From Callorhinchus milii (Eukaryota), in assembly GCF_018977255.1 (NCBI RefSeq), contig NW_024704742.1, positions 117,306,001-117,370,000 on the forward strand: a stretch of DNA of 64,000 nt, written 5' to 3'. Positions within the stretch are counted from its first letter, which is position 1. Each line of letters starts with the position of its first letter. A model generated the notes under the pieces. It made no database searches. It worked only from the letters and a program-made list of their open reading frames with translations, and was not told the DNA's origin. The position numbers and the translations under genes are program-made. Below, piece by piece: positions 40,049 to 52,244 of the stretch.

Positions 40049-41977
40049 TGCTAGAAATTATGAGGCAAATTTGAATATCGGAATACAAAACGGGTTAATC
40101 AGGAGACAGACTTCATGTACATTTCAGGTAGTTTTGAAATGGCGCTGGTTGGGCAGCTCCTTCGTGCATAAAAATAAGCTAAACCACAATGACACTCTGT
40201 ACTGAGAAAACTTTTTATAGAGTGATATAAATACCTTGCGTTAGCAATGGACGTTGTGAAATTGCCTTGTTTTAACTCTGGCAAAAATTACAGCTTGGAT
40301 GCTGACCATAGAATATTCATCTTAACTAAGTGCCAATTACCGTATTGAGTTAAGTACTTGCAAAAAGCTCTAAATGAAATGGTCGATGAACACTGGGGTC
40401 ATACAAACCCACAGATGATGTGCTTGCTGTATTGCCATTAAAGCAGAAAAGCCAATTGAATACGTTCGCTTTCAGAACACAGATACTACAGTTTACAGTA
40501 AATTCTGTGAAGCAATTTGAGATTCCCTCCCTACTTATAAAAGGTGCTGTATTAAATGTAAAGATTATTATAGTGATGCTGAGTATCAGCCTCTAAGCTT
40601 CGGGATTTGTCCAGGACAAACAATGATACCGCGTAATAACAAACCATCTGAATGACAGCTAATTGATGATGTAAATTTGAACATTGGAATACAAAGCAGG
40701 TTAACCAGAAAACAGACTCCACGTACATTTCATACAGCTTTGAGTGATTGAATTTCACAAATCAATTATGTTGTATCATGGCTTGTGAGATGCACAGAGT
40801 GACATCGCTTGTTTTAATCGCTTGTTGATTAAGCTGTAATCAACTTATTCAGCACAGAGTAAGCTTTGACACACACTATACACATTTTATCAGAACCCCA
40901 CTATTACTTGTATCTCATGTTCAGAGTTGCTCTGCTTTTACTCACATTAGTAACTGCGGTCTGAGATCTTAAAGCAGGTGTGAGATAACGGATATGTAAT
41001 TCTATTTGAACAGCTTCGATCATTTTCTTTCAATCTGTTGTCTGAGTAAGGGAAACCCACCCTGTAATCAACTTATTCAGCACAGAGTAAGCTTTGATCC
41101 AGGACTTTCTTGTTCTCTGCAGCTCGGTTCCAGATTGCATGATGCGACTTCCTCTTGAGCCATGAGGTGGCGCTCAGTAACTTTGTGAACTGTTTTTAAA
41201 CTTGTAGATTCATACAGTATATAGGAGGGAGGTAGATGATTATTTGGTTGGGAAGGGATTGAGTGATGTGGTGAAAGGTCAGGGAAATGGTATTAAGTTA
41301 CACAAGTTACGGAATAGCCAAATATCTTAATAAAACGCTGGAACAGACTGAATGATCCACTCCTGTTCATGTCTTCGAATGTTTATTTGATATAACGACC
41401 TTCCCTTCTCGTGTCTAAGATGAGTTGGATGTCCTTTGAACCTGCACTTCCAAAAATTATAGTAAACCATTCTTTTCCTGGATGTCCCAAATTGTCAATT
41501 GCCCCCATTGTGTAAATTTGAGTTCTGAGGAAGCTGTGTTTGTTTGATGAACATTGAGATGGGGTGAACATGTCCCATTTGGAACATAAAGTTAGTTATG
41601 GTGACTCAGAAAAGGGAAGAGCAGGAGGGGAAGATAAGAGACGGACAAAGAAAAATAGCCTGCATCTGGAGAAAGGACCAAACTTGCGTTAATTCAGGAG
41701 GAAGTATATATTATACATCCTGTTCCACATTGTTCAGCTGTTGGAAGCTGTCACGCAATCAGTGAATGTTACAGCAGAGCAATAAGCCTTTGGCCACCAA
41801 GTATGCCCTGATGTATTATTCCATAGAAACCACCCAATCTAATCACACTGTCCTGCTCACCTCCCACACTCTTTTTCAAGCTTTTGTCTAATTAACTTCT
41901 GAAATATTTTATGGGCCAGAGCCCATAAAACTCAACAACTATAATTTTGCTTCCATTCTAAGGGTAGCTACATAATA

Positions 41978-42968
41978 TCAGGCTGCCGGTTGTAATGAAG
42001 AATAAGATTCTAGTTCTAAAGATTGTGCTTTCCACTTTGAGTAGAAATACGTGTAATAATACAGAAATGGGTCAAAGCAAGTGTTTAAGCTCCCCAAACA
42101 TAGGGCAGTAAGGTACAGGGAATATAGATTGTCACCTGTAAAATCCTGTTTAAAGTTGTGAATCAGAAGAATCACGTTACTGGGCGCAAAGCAGATAACA
42201 AATGTCATCAACACGACCGCGGCAATATGTATATATCCAACCCATTTCTCGTTTAATCCGTGCAGTGTTTTGATCACAAGAGTGTAGCAGAACAAAGTGA
42301 TAATGAGAGGAATTACAAAACCACACACTATGTAGAAGGTCAGGTAATAGAAAAATAAGTTGGTGTTCTGTGTTTCTTCGGGCAAAACATAGTGGCAGGT
42401 AACAATATTAAGTTCTTTAAAAAAGTAGGTTTGCTTTAGAAGGACAATCGGCAAAGTGAAGAGAAAAACAACCAGCCAAATAGTAGCGCAAATGTATCCC
42501 GCAATGTTTTTCTTGGGTAGGTCTTTGTAGAGAAATGGATGGACAATGGCCAAATACCAATTGATGCTGATGCACGTGAGGAAGAAGATGGAGCTGTACA
42601 TGTTTCCGTAATAGGTGGCAGTAATGATGCGGCACGTGGCTTCCCCAAACACCCAGTTATTGCCATTGATGTACTGATGTATTATAAAAGGTAGAGTTGC
42701 TAGGAAAGACAGATCGCTGATGACCAGTTGATGTTGAAGATGGCAGTAGGTATTGTTCTGAGTTTTGAGCAAAACATCCATAGAGCAATAGCATTTGATG
42801 GAAATCCCAGCATAAGTACTGTTGTGTACACTGCTGGAATGAAGGTTGAGCTCAGTGCACTGTTGAAGTACTCTTTGCTGACATTGCCGATGCAAAGCTC
42901 AGATGTGTTGTTATTTTCCGGACAGGGAAAAGAGACAAATGTTTTTGGTATCAATTTGCTTTTGGAAT
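41978..42968 (-). pseudogene. F2RL2: F2RL2/PAR3 (proteinase-activated receptor 3) exon 2, 7TM region, frameshifted at about 42727; pseudogene or assembly error
   Basis: Acceptor ccttctAG|AT. Contains LIPK/TF cleavage-like site, GFPSNA (TM1), NGNNWVFGE, YYGNMYSSIFFLTCIS, CFAPSN and LNTCFDPFLYY. The N-terminal part (ORF 42700..43056) and C-terminal part (ORF 41978..42895) are in different frames. Confidence 0.85.
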
Positions 42969-43484
42969 CTAGAAGGTGGAAGGGAGAAAGGAAAGAGCAT
43001 TGTTGAATCATAGCATTCTTTGAGTAGAGAAGGAAGCCATTCATCCCATTTTGCATATAATATTATTAATAATAATAATCCTTGCATTTGATATGGATCA
43101 TATCAAAGTTGCGACGTCTCAAAATCCTTCATAGAATATACTGTAAAGTAAATTCAATATGATAGGTAGCTTCCAGTTGGGGAGTAAACTCATTGGACCT
43201 GTCAACCGTAATGCCATTACTCTGTTCTTTTACACACTATTTTAATATTTTTTTCATATTTTCATCCAATTTCTTTTTAAAATGTTGCATTGTGCTTTAA
43301 AATTATTTAATTGAATGAAAAATGCAAGGTTTTAAACAAATCTACTTGTCTTGATCACATGACATATGGATTTAAATTCACAAATACCAGTGTCCAGATC
43401 AACTCACAAATGGAAAATGTATACAGCCTATGTGCTCACTTTCCTTTGTTGATGACCTACTGACACTTTGCATATTAAAGTCCT

Positions 43485-43857
43485 GGAGTGCTGTAGCTCA
43501 GTGGTTAGAGCACTTGCCTCGCAAGCAAGAGACTTGGGTTTGATTCCCGGCAGGGTGAAATGTTGGTCAAGTTTTCTTACTACACACACCTCTGTTTACC
43601 TAGCAGTAAGTAGGAACCCAGTTGTTAGTCGATTGGCGGAACGCTTTTTCGGGGATAAAAATCCCTCAAGAAAAGAAACAATAATAATTTGGTCACTCAC
43701 TCCATGACTGTTTGTGGGACACTGCTGTGTGCAATTGGCTGCCACGTTTCTCCCACAAATATACAGTCAATTCACTTTACAGTATATTCTGTGAAGTGCG
43801 TGGAGACATCAAGAAGACGTGGAAAGCGCTATATCAAATGCAAGAATTATTATTATT
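43485..43857 (+). mobile_element. tRNA-SINE long subfamily (inside F2RL2 intron)
   Basis: Full-length match to the other copies. Confidence 0.9.
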
Positions 43858-44760
43858 AAATGGACAGCCTCACTTCCCCAAGCCCCACTCCCAGAGAACA
43901 CAAGTGACTGAAAAAAGAAATTAATTTTACTATCTGAGATTGTCCGTCCTCGCTAGTTCAGAGTGGGCTGGTAATTTAGATTAGATGATTGTCTCGTAAC
44001 AAACAGGGAGTGGCCGGTGCCAGCCGGTGATTTATAAGATCTTAGAATGTCAGTGCGAGAGTATTCTTGGGTTTGAGATGGTCTTTTAGACCCTCACTTG
44101 CAGCAAGAATGTAGGGCCAGGGAAATTGGTGAAATATATTGGACTCAAATCAGAAAACTTTCACTTGAGTGTTGTAAGAGTTTTGTGTGTGTTCGTACAT
44201 CTTGCAAAGTACAGAATTCAGACTTGATATATTGTATGATGAACTTTAAACACATATAATTACAAATATTCACAATTCTCTTTTACTATAATTGCTGCGT
44301 GAGTAAATTTGATGGTTTAGCTTAAATTTATAACATTGTAATCTCCTCTTCAAGTAGACAAGTCTGCACAAATTAACGTCACTTTTTACGAAACAGGATG
44401 TAGTGGCTTGAGAAAAGTATTCTTTCTCCCAATTACATTCCTACGCAAAGAACCTGTCAGTAGTGGGAGTGCTGCCATAACCAAAACTAAAGTAACCAAT
44501 TGAGTGCTGGGTGTTGACCCTCTATTCATAAACATCCCAGCTTGTGCCACTTCTCTGCTGAAATTGCAATGTAAATTTGGTTTTTAATTCTGAACCAAAT
44601 TCCTGAGGTGGTTTCTATTCACTATTCACTGGGTTTGTACCACAAATTATTTAAAAGAACATTTAAACCTAATTTTTCACTAGGGGCTGGCTCTTCACAC
44701 TGAGAACAAAGAGGAGAAAAGGGGTTAATCTGACTATCCTCCTTGGAGGAAAAAGGAAGG

Positions 44761-45105
44761 TAATAATAATAATAATCCTTGCATTTGATATAGCGCCTTC
44801 ACACATCTTCGAAATATCTCAAAGCGCTTCACAGAATATACTGTAAAGTGAATTGACCATATATTTTGTGGGTGAAACATAGCAGCAGGTTGCGCACAGT
44901 AGTGTCCCATAAACAATCATGGATTGAGTGACCAAGTTATTTTTATTTATTTTGAAGGAATTACTGCCCCCCGGAAAAGCGATCCGCAATCGACTAACAA
45001 CCAGGTTCCTACTTATTGCTAGATAAACAGAGGTGTGCGGAGTAAGGAAACTTGCCCAGTGTTTCACCGTGCTGTGAATCAAATACAGATCCTCTCGCCT
45101 GCAAG
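44761..45105 (-). mobile_element. tRNA-SINE long subfamily, head partly lost
   Basis: Tail, core and internal block. Confidence 0.88.
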
Positions 45106-45214
45106 GTGCAAGCTGTAACAGGCGGAGAAAGCTAAGGTGGAGTTCCTGGGGGTGAACGTGCTCCAACTTGGTCACGGAATATTGAAAGTCAAGCATCTAT
45201 GGCATTCTCAGTTC

Positions 45215-45635
45215 AACAACTTGCACTTATATAGCACCCTCCACGCAGGGTAGCATCTCTGAGCACTTATTAGTGGTACAGCCTGATTCCGAGCCCAGGG
45301 AGCGTGGGGCGAGGTGACTGTAAACACAGTCAAAAAAGGAAAGTTTTCAGGCGGGACTTGGAAAAGAGGAGAGAGGGGACAAGGCGGGGGGATTGAGGGA
45401 GAGTGTTACACAGTTTTGGGGTGTAGTCGCTGAAAGCACGACCTCCAACGGTGGAGCGGAGGATGTGAGGGACGAGCATGAGGCCGGTGCCAGTTGAGTG
45501 GAGGCGCCGGTGGTGGATTGGGGAGTGAGGTGCTCGGAGAGGTAGCGAGGTGTCAGGCAGTGAATGGATTTGAACACGAGTGTGAGGATCTTGAAGTCCA
45601 TCTGATCGGTGATGGGGAGCCAGTGAAGCCTGGCT
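45215..45635 (-). mobile_element. L2 LINE 3' fragment
   Basis: LHWLPITDQMDFKILTLVFKSIH. Confidence 0.82.
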
Positions 45636-46146
45636 AGAAAGTTCACTCCTTGAGCCAGGCAGGTCTGCGGTGCTCCAAGTGACTGCTGATGACAGACCAG
45701 CCAGTCTGGCTCATCAGCACGACTTGGAAGAGCAGACCTATCACTGGGGGCAGGGATGGGTCTTCACACTCAGCTTGGTCTGGATACTTTTAAACACGGT
45801 GATGGGTTTCCTCAGGTGTCAGATCAAAAATAAAGTCACTGCCAAAAAGAAAGTTCCTGCTCCAAATTTCTCTACTGCAGAAAGCAATTTCATCGCTCTC
45901 AGCACTTTAGTAACTTAGGATATAATTTGCTTCATTTCAATCAAAATTTACCTCCACTGTAAAAGTATGATTAAAGTTTTAATGTACCGCAAACCATTCC
46001 TTGTGCGGGAACAAAGCCCTTCCATTTATGGTACTGGTTGTGGACCCAGTAAAAGATAAAGGCAAAACTATACACAGTTCAAAACATTTGTTGTCTTACA
46101 GTCAAATCGATGCATGCAGTTAAAAAGTAATTTGTTGAAGACTTAC

Positions 46147-46219
46147 CTTCCTGGCATAGTGCTGTCTCACAATAAAGCAGAAGTAGAACGAGTACAAGAA
46201 ACCTCACTTCGGACGGCAT
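46147..46219 (-). CDS. F2RL2: F2RL2/PAR3 exon 1: signal peptide MPSEVRFLVLVLLLLYCETALCQE
   Basis: ATG at 46219, hydrophobic signal peptide, phase-1 donor G|GTAAGT; matches the two-exon layout of PAR genes. Confidence 0.85.
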
Positions 46220-46229
46220 TGTGTTTCTG

Positions 46230-46365
46230 TGCGCTTCCTGCTTTAGACTGTGAAATATCTGGGGCTCACAGAGTTGAGTGGAGTCTGAAAGCTCCACACT
46301 TCCTGTGCCTCCAGACCAGACTTGTTTAGAGTTGACTGAGTAACTTCCCCAAGGGAAGTGTCATA
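46230..46365 (-). promoter_or_regulatory. Putative F2RL2 proximal promoter/5'UTR with ETS-type GGAA motifs
   Basis: ACTTCCTGT at 46298-46306 and inverted ACTTCCC-caa-GGGAAGT at 46343-46359, just upstream of the ATG. Confidence 0.35.
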
Positions 46366-46751
46366 GATTAATATAATAATGTATGATTTGGTTATTTCCA
46401 TGAACGAAGCAGAGTAACAGATTCTTGTTAGTCATGTTTTACGTAGCCAAATTTAAAACAAAAAGCACAGCCTTGTAAAGCGTGGTGACCTCTGAAATCT
46501 CTTACAACTATTCTTAAGTTGTTTTTGTCAGACCTCGGTTTTCTTCCTCCGCTGGTAGATTTTAGAAACACTTTCAAATGAGTAATTATAGTTCAGTGTA
46601 GGCATTATGAAACAATTATAACTTACTAAAGGAAAAAGTTTCAATTCAATGTTAAATGGTTAGATTAACAGACTCCTACTGATCTGCACTTATCCAATGT
46701 AAAAGCTTCACTTAATGAGCTGTTCAGGGCAGAGGATAGACAGAGGTGAGT

Positions 46752-47132
46752 TATAATAATAATAATCCTTGCATTTTATATAGCACCTTATCACGTCTTC
46801 AAGATGTCTCAAAGCGCTTCACAGAATATAATTTAAAGTGAATTGACTGTATATTTTACGGTGAAACACAGCAGCCAATTGTGCACAGCAGTGTCCCATA
46901 AACAGTCGTGGATTGAGTGACCACATTTTGTTTTCATTTAGTTATTTTGAAGGAATTATTACCTCCGGAAAAGCGATCCACTAATCAACTAACAACTGGA
47001 TTCCTACTTACTGCTAGGCAAGCAAAGTCGTGTGGAGTAAGGAAACTTGCCTAACCTTTCGCCCTGCCTGGGAATCGAACCCAGGTTCTCTCGCTTGCGG
47101 GGCGAGTACTCTAACCATTGAACTACAGGACT
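46752..47132 (-). mobile_element. tRNA-SINE long subfamily
   Basis: Full-length match to the other copies. Confidence 0.9.
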
Positions 47133-47777
47133 CTGTTAAAAGGGATTGAAAGGATTGCTCTTTCAAGAGACATCATAGACACGATGGGCCGAATGGTTTT
47201 CTATGCTGTTAACTTCTATTGTTATTCTATACTGTTGTTCTAATTTCGCTCACAAATATACAGTCAATTCACTTTACCGTATATTCTGTGAAGCACTTTG
47301 AGACTTCTAGAATTTATGAAAAGCGTTGTATCAAATGCAAGTATTATTATTATTGTTAAAATTTCTAAAGTGGCTGCATCAGCTAGCAACAGGCAAGAAG
47401 TATTGGTGGCAGCAGCACTTATTGTCCATCTTTCTGTGTTACTGTACATTGCATTTAACTATTATTTAATTGCAAATGATTAGGATTATAACTATGCAAT
47501 AATCATGACACCATGAATAAACAAAGTTACTCCATTCTTTCACTTTATTGAGAGCTAAATACTGATGCTGTTCAATCACAGAGCACAATACTCTAAAGGA
47601 AGTAAGAGAAGTGCTTACTGGATATACAAAATTGTTATACCACTTTTGCGAATCACATAACATTGTAATTTATATAACTGCTGGAAATTATTAACCACGA
47701 CCATTCTGAACTCTCAGAGGAATGTTAGATTTTGTAATAAATCTTAATTATTATAAAGTTGCTATAGTGATGAAACC

Positions 47778-47920
47778 GGGGACGCTGGGGGAGCGGCGGG
47801 GAGGGGGTGTATCCTCAGGCGCTGGGGGAGGGGAGGAGAGGGGGCAGGTCCCCAGGCGCTGGGGAAGGGGCAGGGAGGGGGCGGGTCCCCAGAGTCTGGG
47901 GGAGGGGGCGGGGTAGGGAC
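47778..47920 (+). repeat. G-rich imperfect tandem repeat (about 35-bp unit, about 4 copies)
   Basis: Repeated CCCAGGCGCTGGGG(G/A)AGGGG-like unit. Confidence 0.7.
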
Positions 47921-49867
47921 GTGCCTCAGAAGCCCTCTGGCTTGGTTATTTTTCTCCCCTTCTCTTGACCTCAAAACAAATATTTCAAATCTATAATCTG
48001 GCTGTATTTAGCACTCCAAGGAGGCTTTCAGATACCAGAGGGCAGCCCGAAAATATAAGGTGGCATCTTGATTATTCATGGAAGCCGTCTACAAGAAAGA
48101 TTTTATTTTAATACTGTCTCCGTCCTGTGCACTGCTACACCCTCTTTTCCTCCAGAAACTGACTTGACTAGAGCGTGGTTTCACAGGTGATGATAACCCT
48201 CTAGAATCTCGCTTCAGGGGCCAGTCATCATATTCGAGACCCAGCTGACTGGCCATTACTGTCTGGATTAGCTTCATGGCAACATTTAGTGGGTAGAATT
48301 CAGGAACCCTGGAATATTGAGATCCATTCTAACACCCTACCACCTGTCTAGCTGGCGTTGGTCATCTCTGCACTGTTTGAAGCTGGGACTTTCTGGGTCT
48401 AAATTGCTCAGGTTGATGCAATGGGGTGACTTTGTTTGGAAAGTAATGTGCTTCTCTCTTTGCTGAGATGGTGGCAGCTGTTCATGTTGTGAGATGCTAG
48501 ATGCTCCAAGGTTTGACACTACATATGTCCAGGTAATAATATTCTGGGCCATAGAGTCTTTAGTATCTGAACCTATTTTGTGATCTAAAACACCAGATGA
48601 TGCTGCAAACTCTCATGGATTTAAATACAGGACTTTAGCCAAGTGTCGTGGCCAGTTGGATTTTCTGGAATTTGATCTTTATTATTTGGTAACATTAAAG
48701 TTTAAGTTGTGGGAATTGCAACATGGATATGCAAGATGCTTATCAGCCTGACATGCAATATCTTCATTCCTATACACCTGGGAGGAGGTTTGAGTCAGTG
48801 GAGTTTCCATGAATCAGTCTGATGCAGCAGGATATATATTTGTGAATACAGATTGTGAATCTTGTGTTGTGAATCTCAATGGCAACGCAATAGCAACTGA
48901 ATGGAATCTGTGTACAGTTGTGGCTATAAGTGAATCCTAATGTTAATTTTGTTTAACTCTCCACATACCAACAATTTGACTCAGTTTGCCTACGAGAAAA
49001 ATCCCATTGGCATGTCTCTTGACCACCGATCCTGTGAATCCCCCTCAGCATGTTGCTTGCCTGTTGTTAGTCTCTCACAGTCCCCTCATAGTGCCCCAAA
49101 TAACACACCACAGACCAGGCTTTGAGCCTGTAAGCCAATGTTGCTGTATGTTTCCCCATTACATCACTGGAGATGGAAACAGAACTATTAAGAACAACAT
49201 TCAAAATTGTCTGTGCATCAGTCCCTAATCAATGTGTTGGTAGTGCAACTTGTTACATTGTCAGAGATACTGCCCTTTAGATGAGACATTGAACCAAAGG
49301 CTCTTCTGTCAGTTCTCCAGGTGGATGTTAAAGATCCCATATTGCTGTTTGAAAAGGGGAGCGTGTCCTTGAGTACTGAAAAACTCCACATTAATTACTC
49401 ATTTCATGACTATGTGGGATGCATGGAATTCTCAGTTTGGTCTGGATACTCTTAAGGTTTGTGGTGGTTTTCCACATATGTCACACACTTGGCTGACGAA
49501 AAGAAAAACAAAGTTTGAGATTTTTCAACAATACAAATGTTATGGAGATGCATATTGTTAGTAAATCTTAGTAAATTGCTCAAGATTATGCAGTTCCGTT
49601 CAACTCTTCTGCTGCTTTGGCCAAGGTTATAGCCACTATACCTATGTGGTGGGTGAACAAGTGAAAATCATGTAGCCCAAGTAAGGCTGCTGCGGGGCAA
49701 ATTCTAAAAAGGGACAACATTAAAAATTGCATAGGAGTCTATTGTAGGAACAGATATTTTTGAGAAGCGGAATTGACATATCATGCTTGTTTGTCTCAAT
49801 GACAAGAATTAGAGTTTCAGCAGAAAGGCATGGATGATCTTTTGGAATAACTTCAGAAATCATTTGT

Positions 49868-50251
49868 GGAGCCCTGTAGCTTTGTGGTCAGAGCACTCAC
49901 CTCGCAAACGAGGGGACCTGGGTTTGATTCCTGGGTAGGGCGAAATGTTGGGCCAGTTTCCATACTCCATATGCCTCTGTTCAGCTTGCAGTAAGAAGAA
50001 ACCCGATTGTTAGGCAATAGGCGGATTGCTTTTCCGGGAGTAATTAATCCCTTCAAAAAATCAATAAAAAATAATAATTCTTTGGTCGCTCATTCTACAA
50101 TCGTTTGTGGGACACTGCTGTGCGCAATTGGCTGCCGCGTTTCACCCACAAAATATACAGTCAATTCACTTTACAGTATATTCTGTGAAGTCCTTTGAGA
50201 CGTCTCGAAGACGTGATAAGGCACTATATAAAAGCAAGGATTATTATTATT
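49868..50251 (+). mobile_element. tRNA-SINE long subfamily
   Basis: Full-length match to the other copies. Confidence 0.88.
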
Positions 50252-50372
50252 TGTACCGATGGCTGTTTCAAAATTTCTTTTTTTAACGTTGGTTGCTTAG
50301 CTAGTTTCAGCTTTCATGTGTTTGGCTCTGGGATTTAACCTGCTAATCTTACTCTATATTTTGAAATGTCAG

Positions 50373-50463
50373 GTAACTCAGGATGAATTGGCGATGCTGT
50401 GGCTGAATGAGATACAGGATGCAATTCACTCTGCCAATAAGGACTCGGAAGAAACTGGTCACT
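50373..50463 (+). CDS. IQGAP2: IQGAP2 exon, VTQDELAMLWLNEIQDAIHSANKDSEETGH
   Basis: tgtcag| ... |gtaagt, 91 nt; LWLxEIQ motif. Confidence 0.92.
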
Positions 50464-50957
50464 GTAAGTAAACAATTAATTGCAAGTAATTAATTTCATT
50501 CCATTGCACAAGTAGAAGACAATGGTAATGATTCCTGGAATGGTTGATTTTGTGTTTATGTAGCTGGTATTTCTTCTCAGGGTGAATTGATGCCATCATT
50601 TATCAGAGCTGAATAGAGCCCAGAGATGCCTGTTCTCTCTCTCCCCTCCTCCCCCCCCTCCTCTCAAATCCTGGTTGTAAATAACATTCCTATCACCTAA
50701 GCGGTGACTTTAGAGGAGCTTTGCCAGAGCTCTTAGAATACATTGCCTGCCAGTTTTCACGAAGGTGGAACGGATGGACTTGCAAGAATTACCAGAATGA
50801 AAAACAAACACTGAAGCATAGTGCATGCAACACCAGTGATCCTTTACGGGTTCAGGAGAAGAACTGATAAATTAATCTAAAAGAAAAAGGCATGAAAGAT
50901 TTTTTAAAAAAATACACAAAATACATTTACTACTAATATTTTTGCTTTTATTTTAAG

Positions 50958-51125
50958 TGGCTGTTGCGATAAAGGAGATTAACCTGACGATTGAGAAGGA
51001 AGAACCGCAGCTGACCCTGACCTCGTTACAGGCTCCAAACAGCAGTGTGAAAGGGGTTCTACCAGATTGTGCTGAGAACTATCAGAAGGAACTCTTTGAA
51101 ACAAAGAAACAGAAAGCCGGAGATG
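50958..51125 (+). CDS. IQGAP2: IQGAP2 exon (IR repeat), AVAIKEIN...KQKAGD
   Basis: ttttaag| ... |gtatac, 168 nt. Confidence 0.91.
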
Positions 51126-51420
51126 GTATACAGCACTCTGAGGGTGTAAAAACATTTTAAAATGTTGTTCTGCTTTAGAAAAAGGGTGCCAGCTATATAT
51201 TTATATTTTAGTTTTCATACATTTTGTATTTGTGTTTCAAGCTCAAGGGATCCAATCTAAGATTTGAACAGTTTAATTGGGTAGTAGTAAACCAGGAAGC
51301 GTTTACCAAGGTCAAAGATTCGTAGAAATTTACAGCGCAGAAGAAACCCATTTGGCTTATTGAATCTGCACAGTCTCTCAGAGTGGCTCAGAGTGGAGTT
51401 ATAATGAACAATACCAGCAT

Positions 51421-51739
51421 TAATAATAATAATAATCCTTGCATTTGATATAGCACTTTTCACATCTTCTAGACATCCCAAAGCGCTTCACACAATATAC
51501 TGTAAAGTGAATTGACTGTATATTTGTGGGCGAACGCAGCAGCCAATTGTGCGCAGCAATGTCCCACAAACAGTTGTAGATTGAAAATGACCAATTTATT
51601 ATTGTTTTGTTTTTTTGGAGGGATTATTATTAGGCGTGTGGAGTAAGGAAACTTGCCCAAGGTTTCGCCCTGCCTGGAATTGAACTCAGGTCTCTCACTT
51701 GCAAAGCGAGTGCTCTAACCACTGAGCTACAGGACTCCA
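51421..51739 (-). mobile_element. tRNA-SINE short subfamily
   Basis: Full-length match to the other copies. Confidence 0.92.
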
Positions 51740-51903
51740 CTGAAGTTTCAAGACCAGATGTGCATTAGCATTAGCTTTTCTGTTACATTTGAGGTCAGAT
51801 CTCTAAAGAGGATAATTATTCTTAGCCCGTCCACATCTATTAAAACAGGAATCTTTAGTATTTAAAAATAATACACCTTTTTATTTTCCGTTAATCTTTG
51901 TAG

Positions 51904-52046
51904 GACCCAATGGAAGTGTGTGGGTTACGCACAAGATAAAAGGCAATTATGATTTTTACTACAATTTGGAAACCTCTGAGGGCACATGGGAAAAACCGGA
52001 AGAATTTGTGCAGAATAACTCTCATCTTACAAGAGATGAAATACAG
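51904..52046 (+). CDS. IQGAP2: IQGAP2 exon (WW domain), GSVWVTHKIKGNYDFYYNLETSEGTWEKP
   Basis: ttgtag| ... |gtactg, 143 nt; W...FYYN...W..P pattern. Confidence 0.94.
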
Positions 52047-52244
52047 GTACTGCCATCATTCAATAAGCTAGTTTTGTATAATGCTCGGCAAGTTCAGAAG
52101 CAATAATTAATCAATTAATATTCAATCCAACAAAGTGGTTCAAAATTGTGGAAGGGTTTGAAGAAGGTAAATAGTGAAAGGTGATTTCCTCTGGTTGGGG
52201 GATGAGCAACAAGGACAAGATAACTGGCAGTCGTGGCTTTGTTG

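Noticed and set aside
41978..42895. 305-aa ORF as a complete single-exon GPCR
   Set aside because: Its first ~55 residues are out-of-frame sequence; the true N-terminus and TM1 are in the other frame plus exon 1.
45105..45215. Open, exon-looking segment between a SINE and an L2 fragment
   Set aside because: No recognisable peptide or convincing splice pair; not needed by either gene model.
48033..48047. CTCF-like TACCAGAGGGCAGC upstream of F2RL2
   Set aside because: Partial match only, and the same orientation as the 41160 motif, so no convergent pair.
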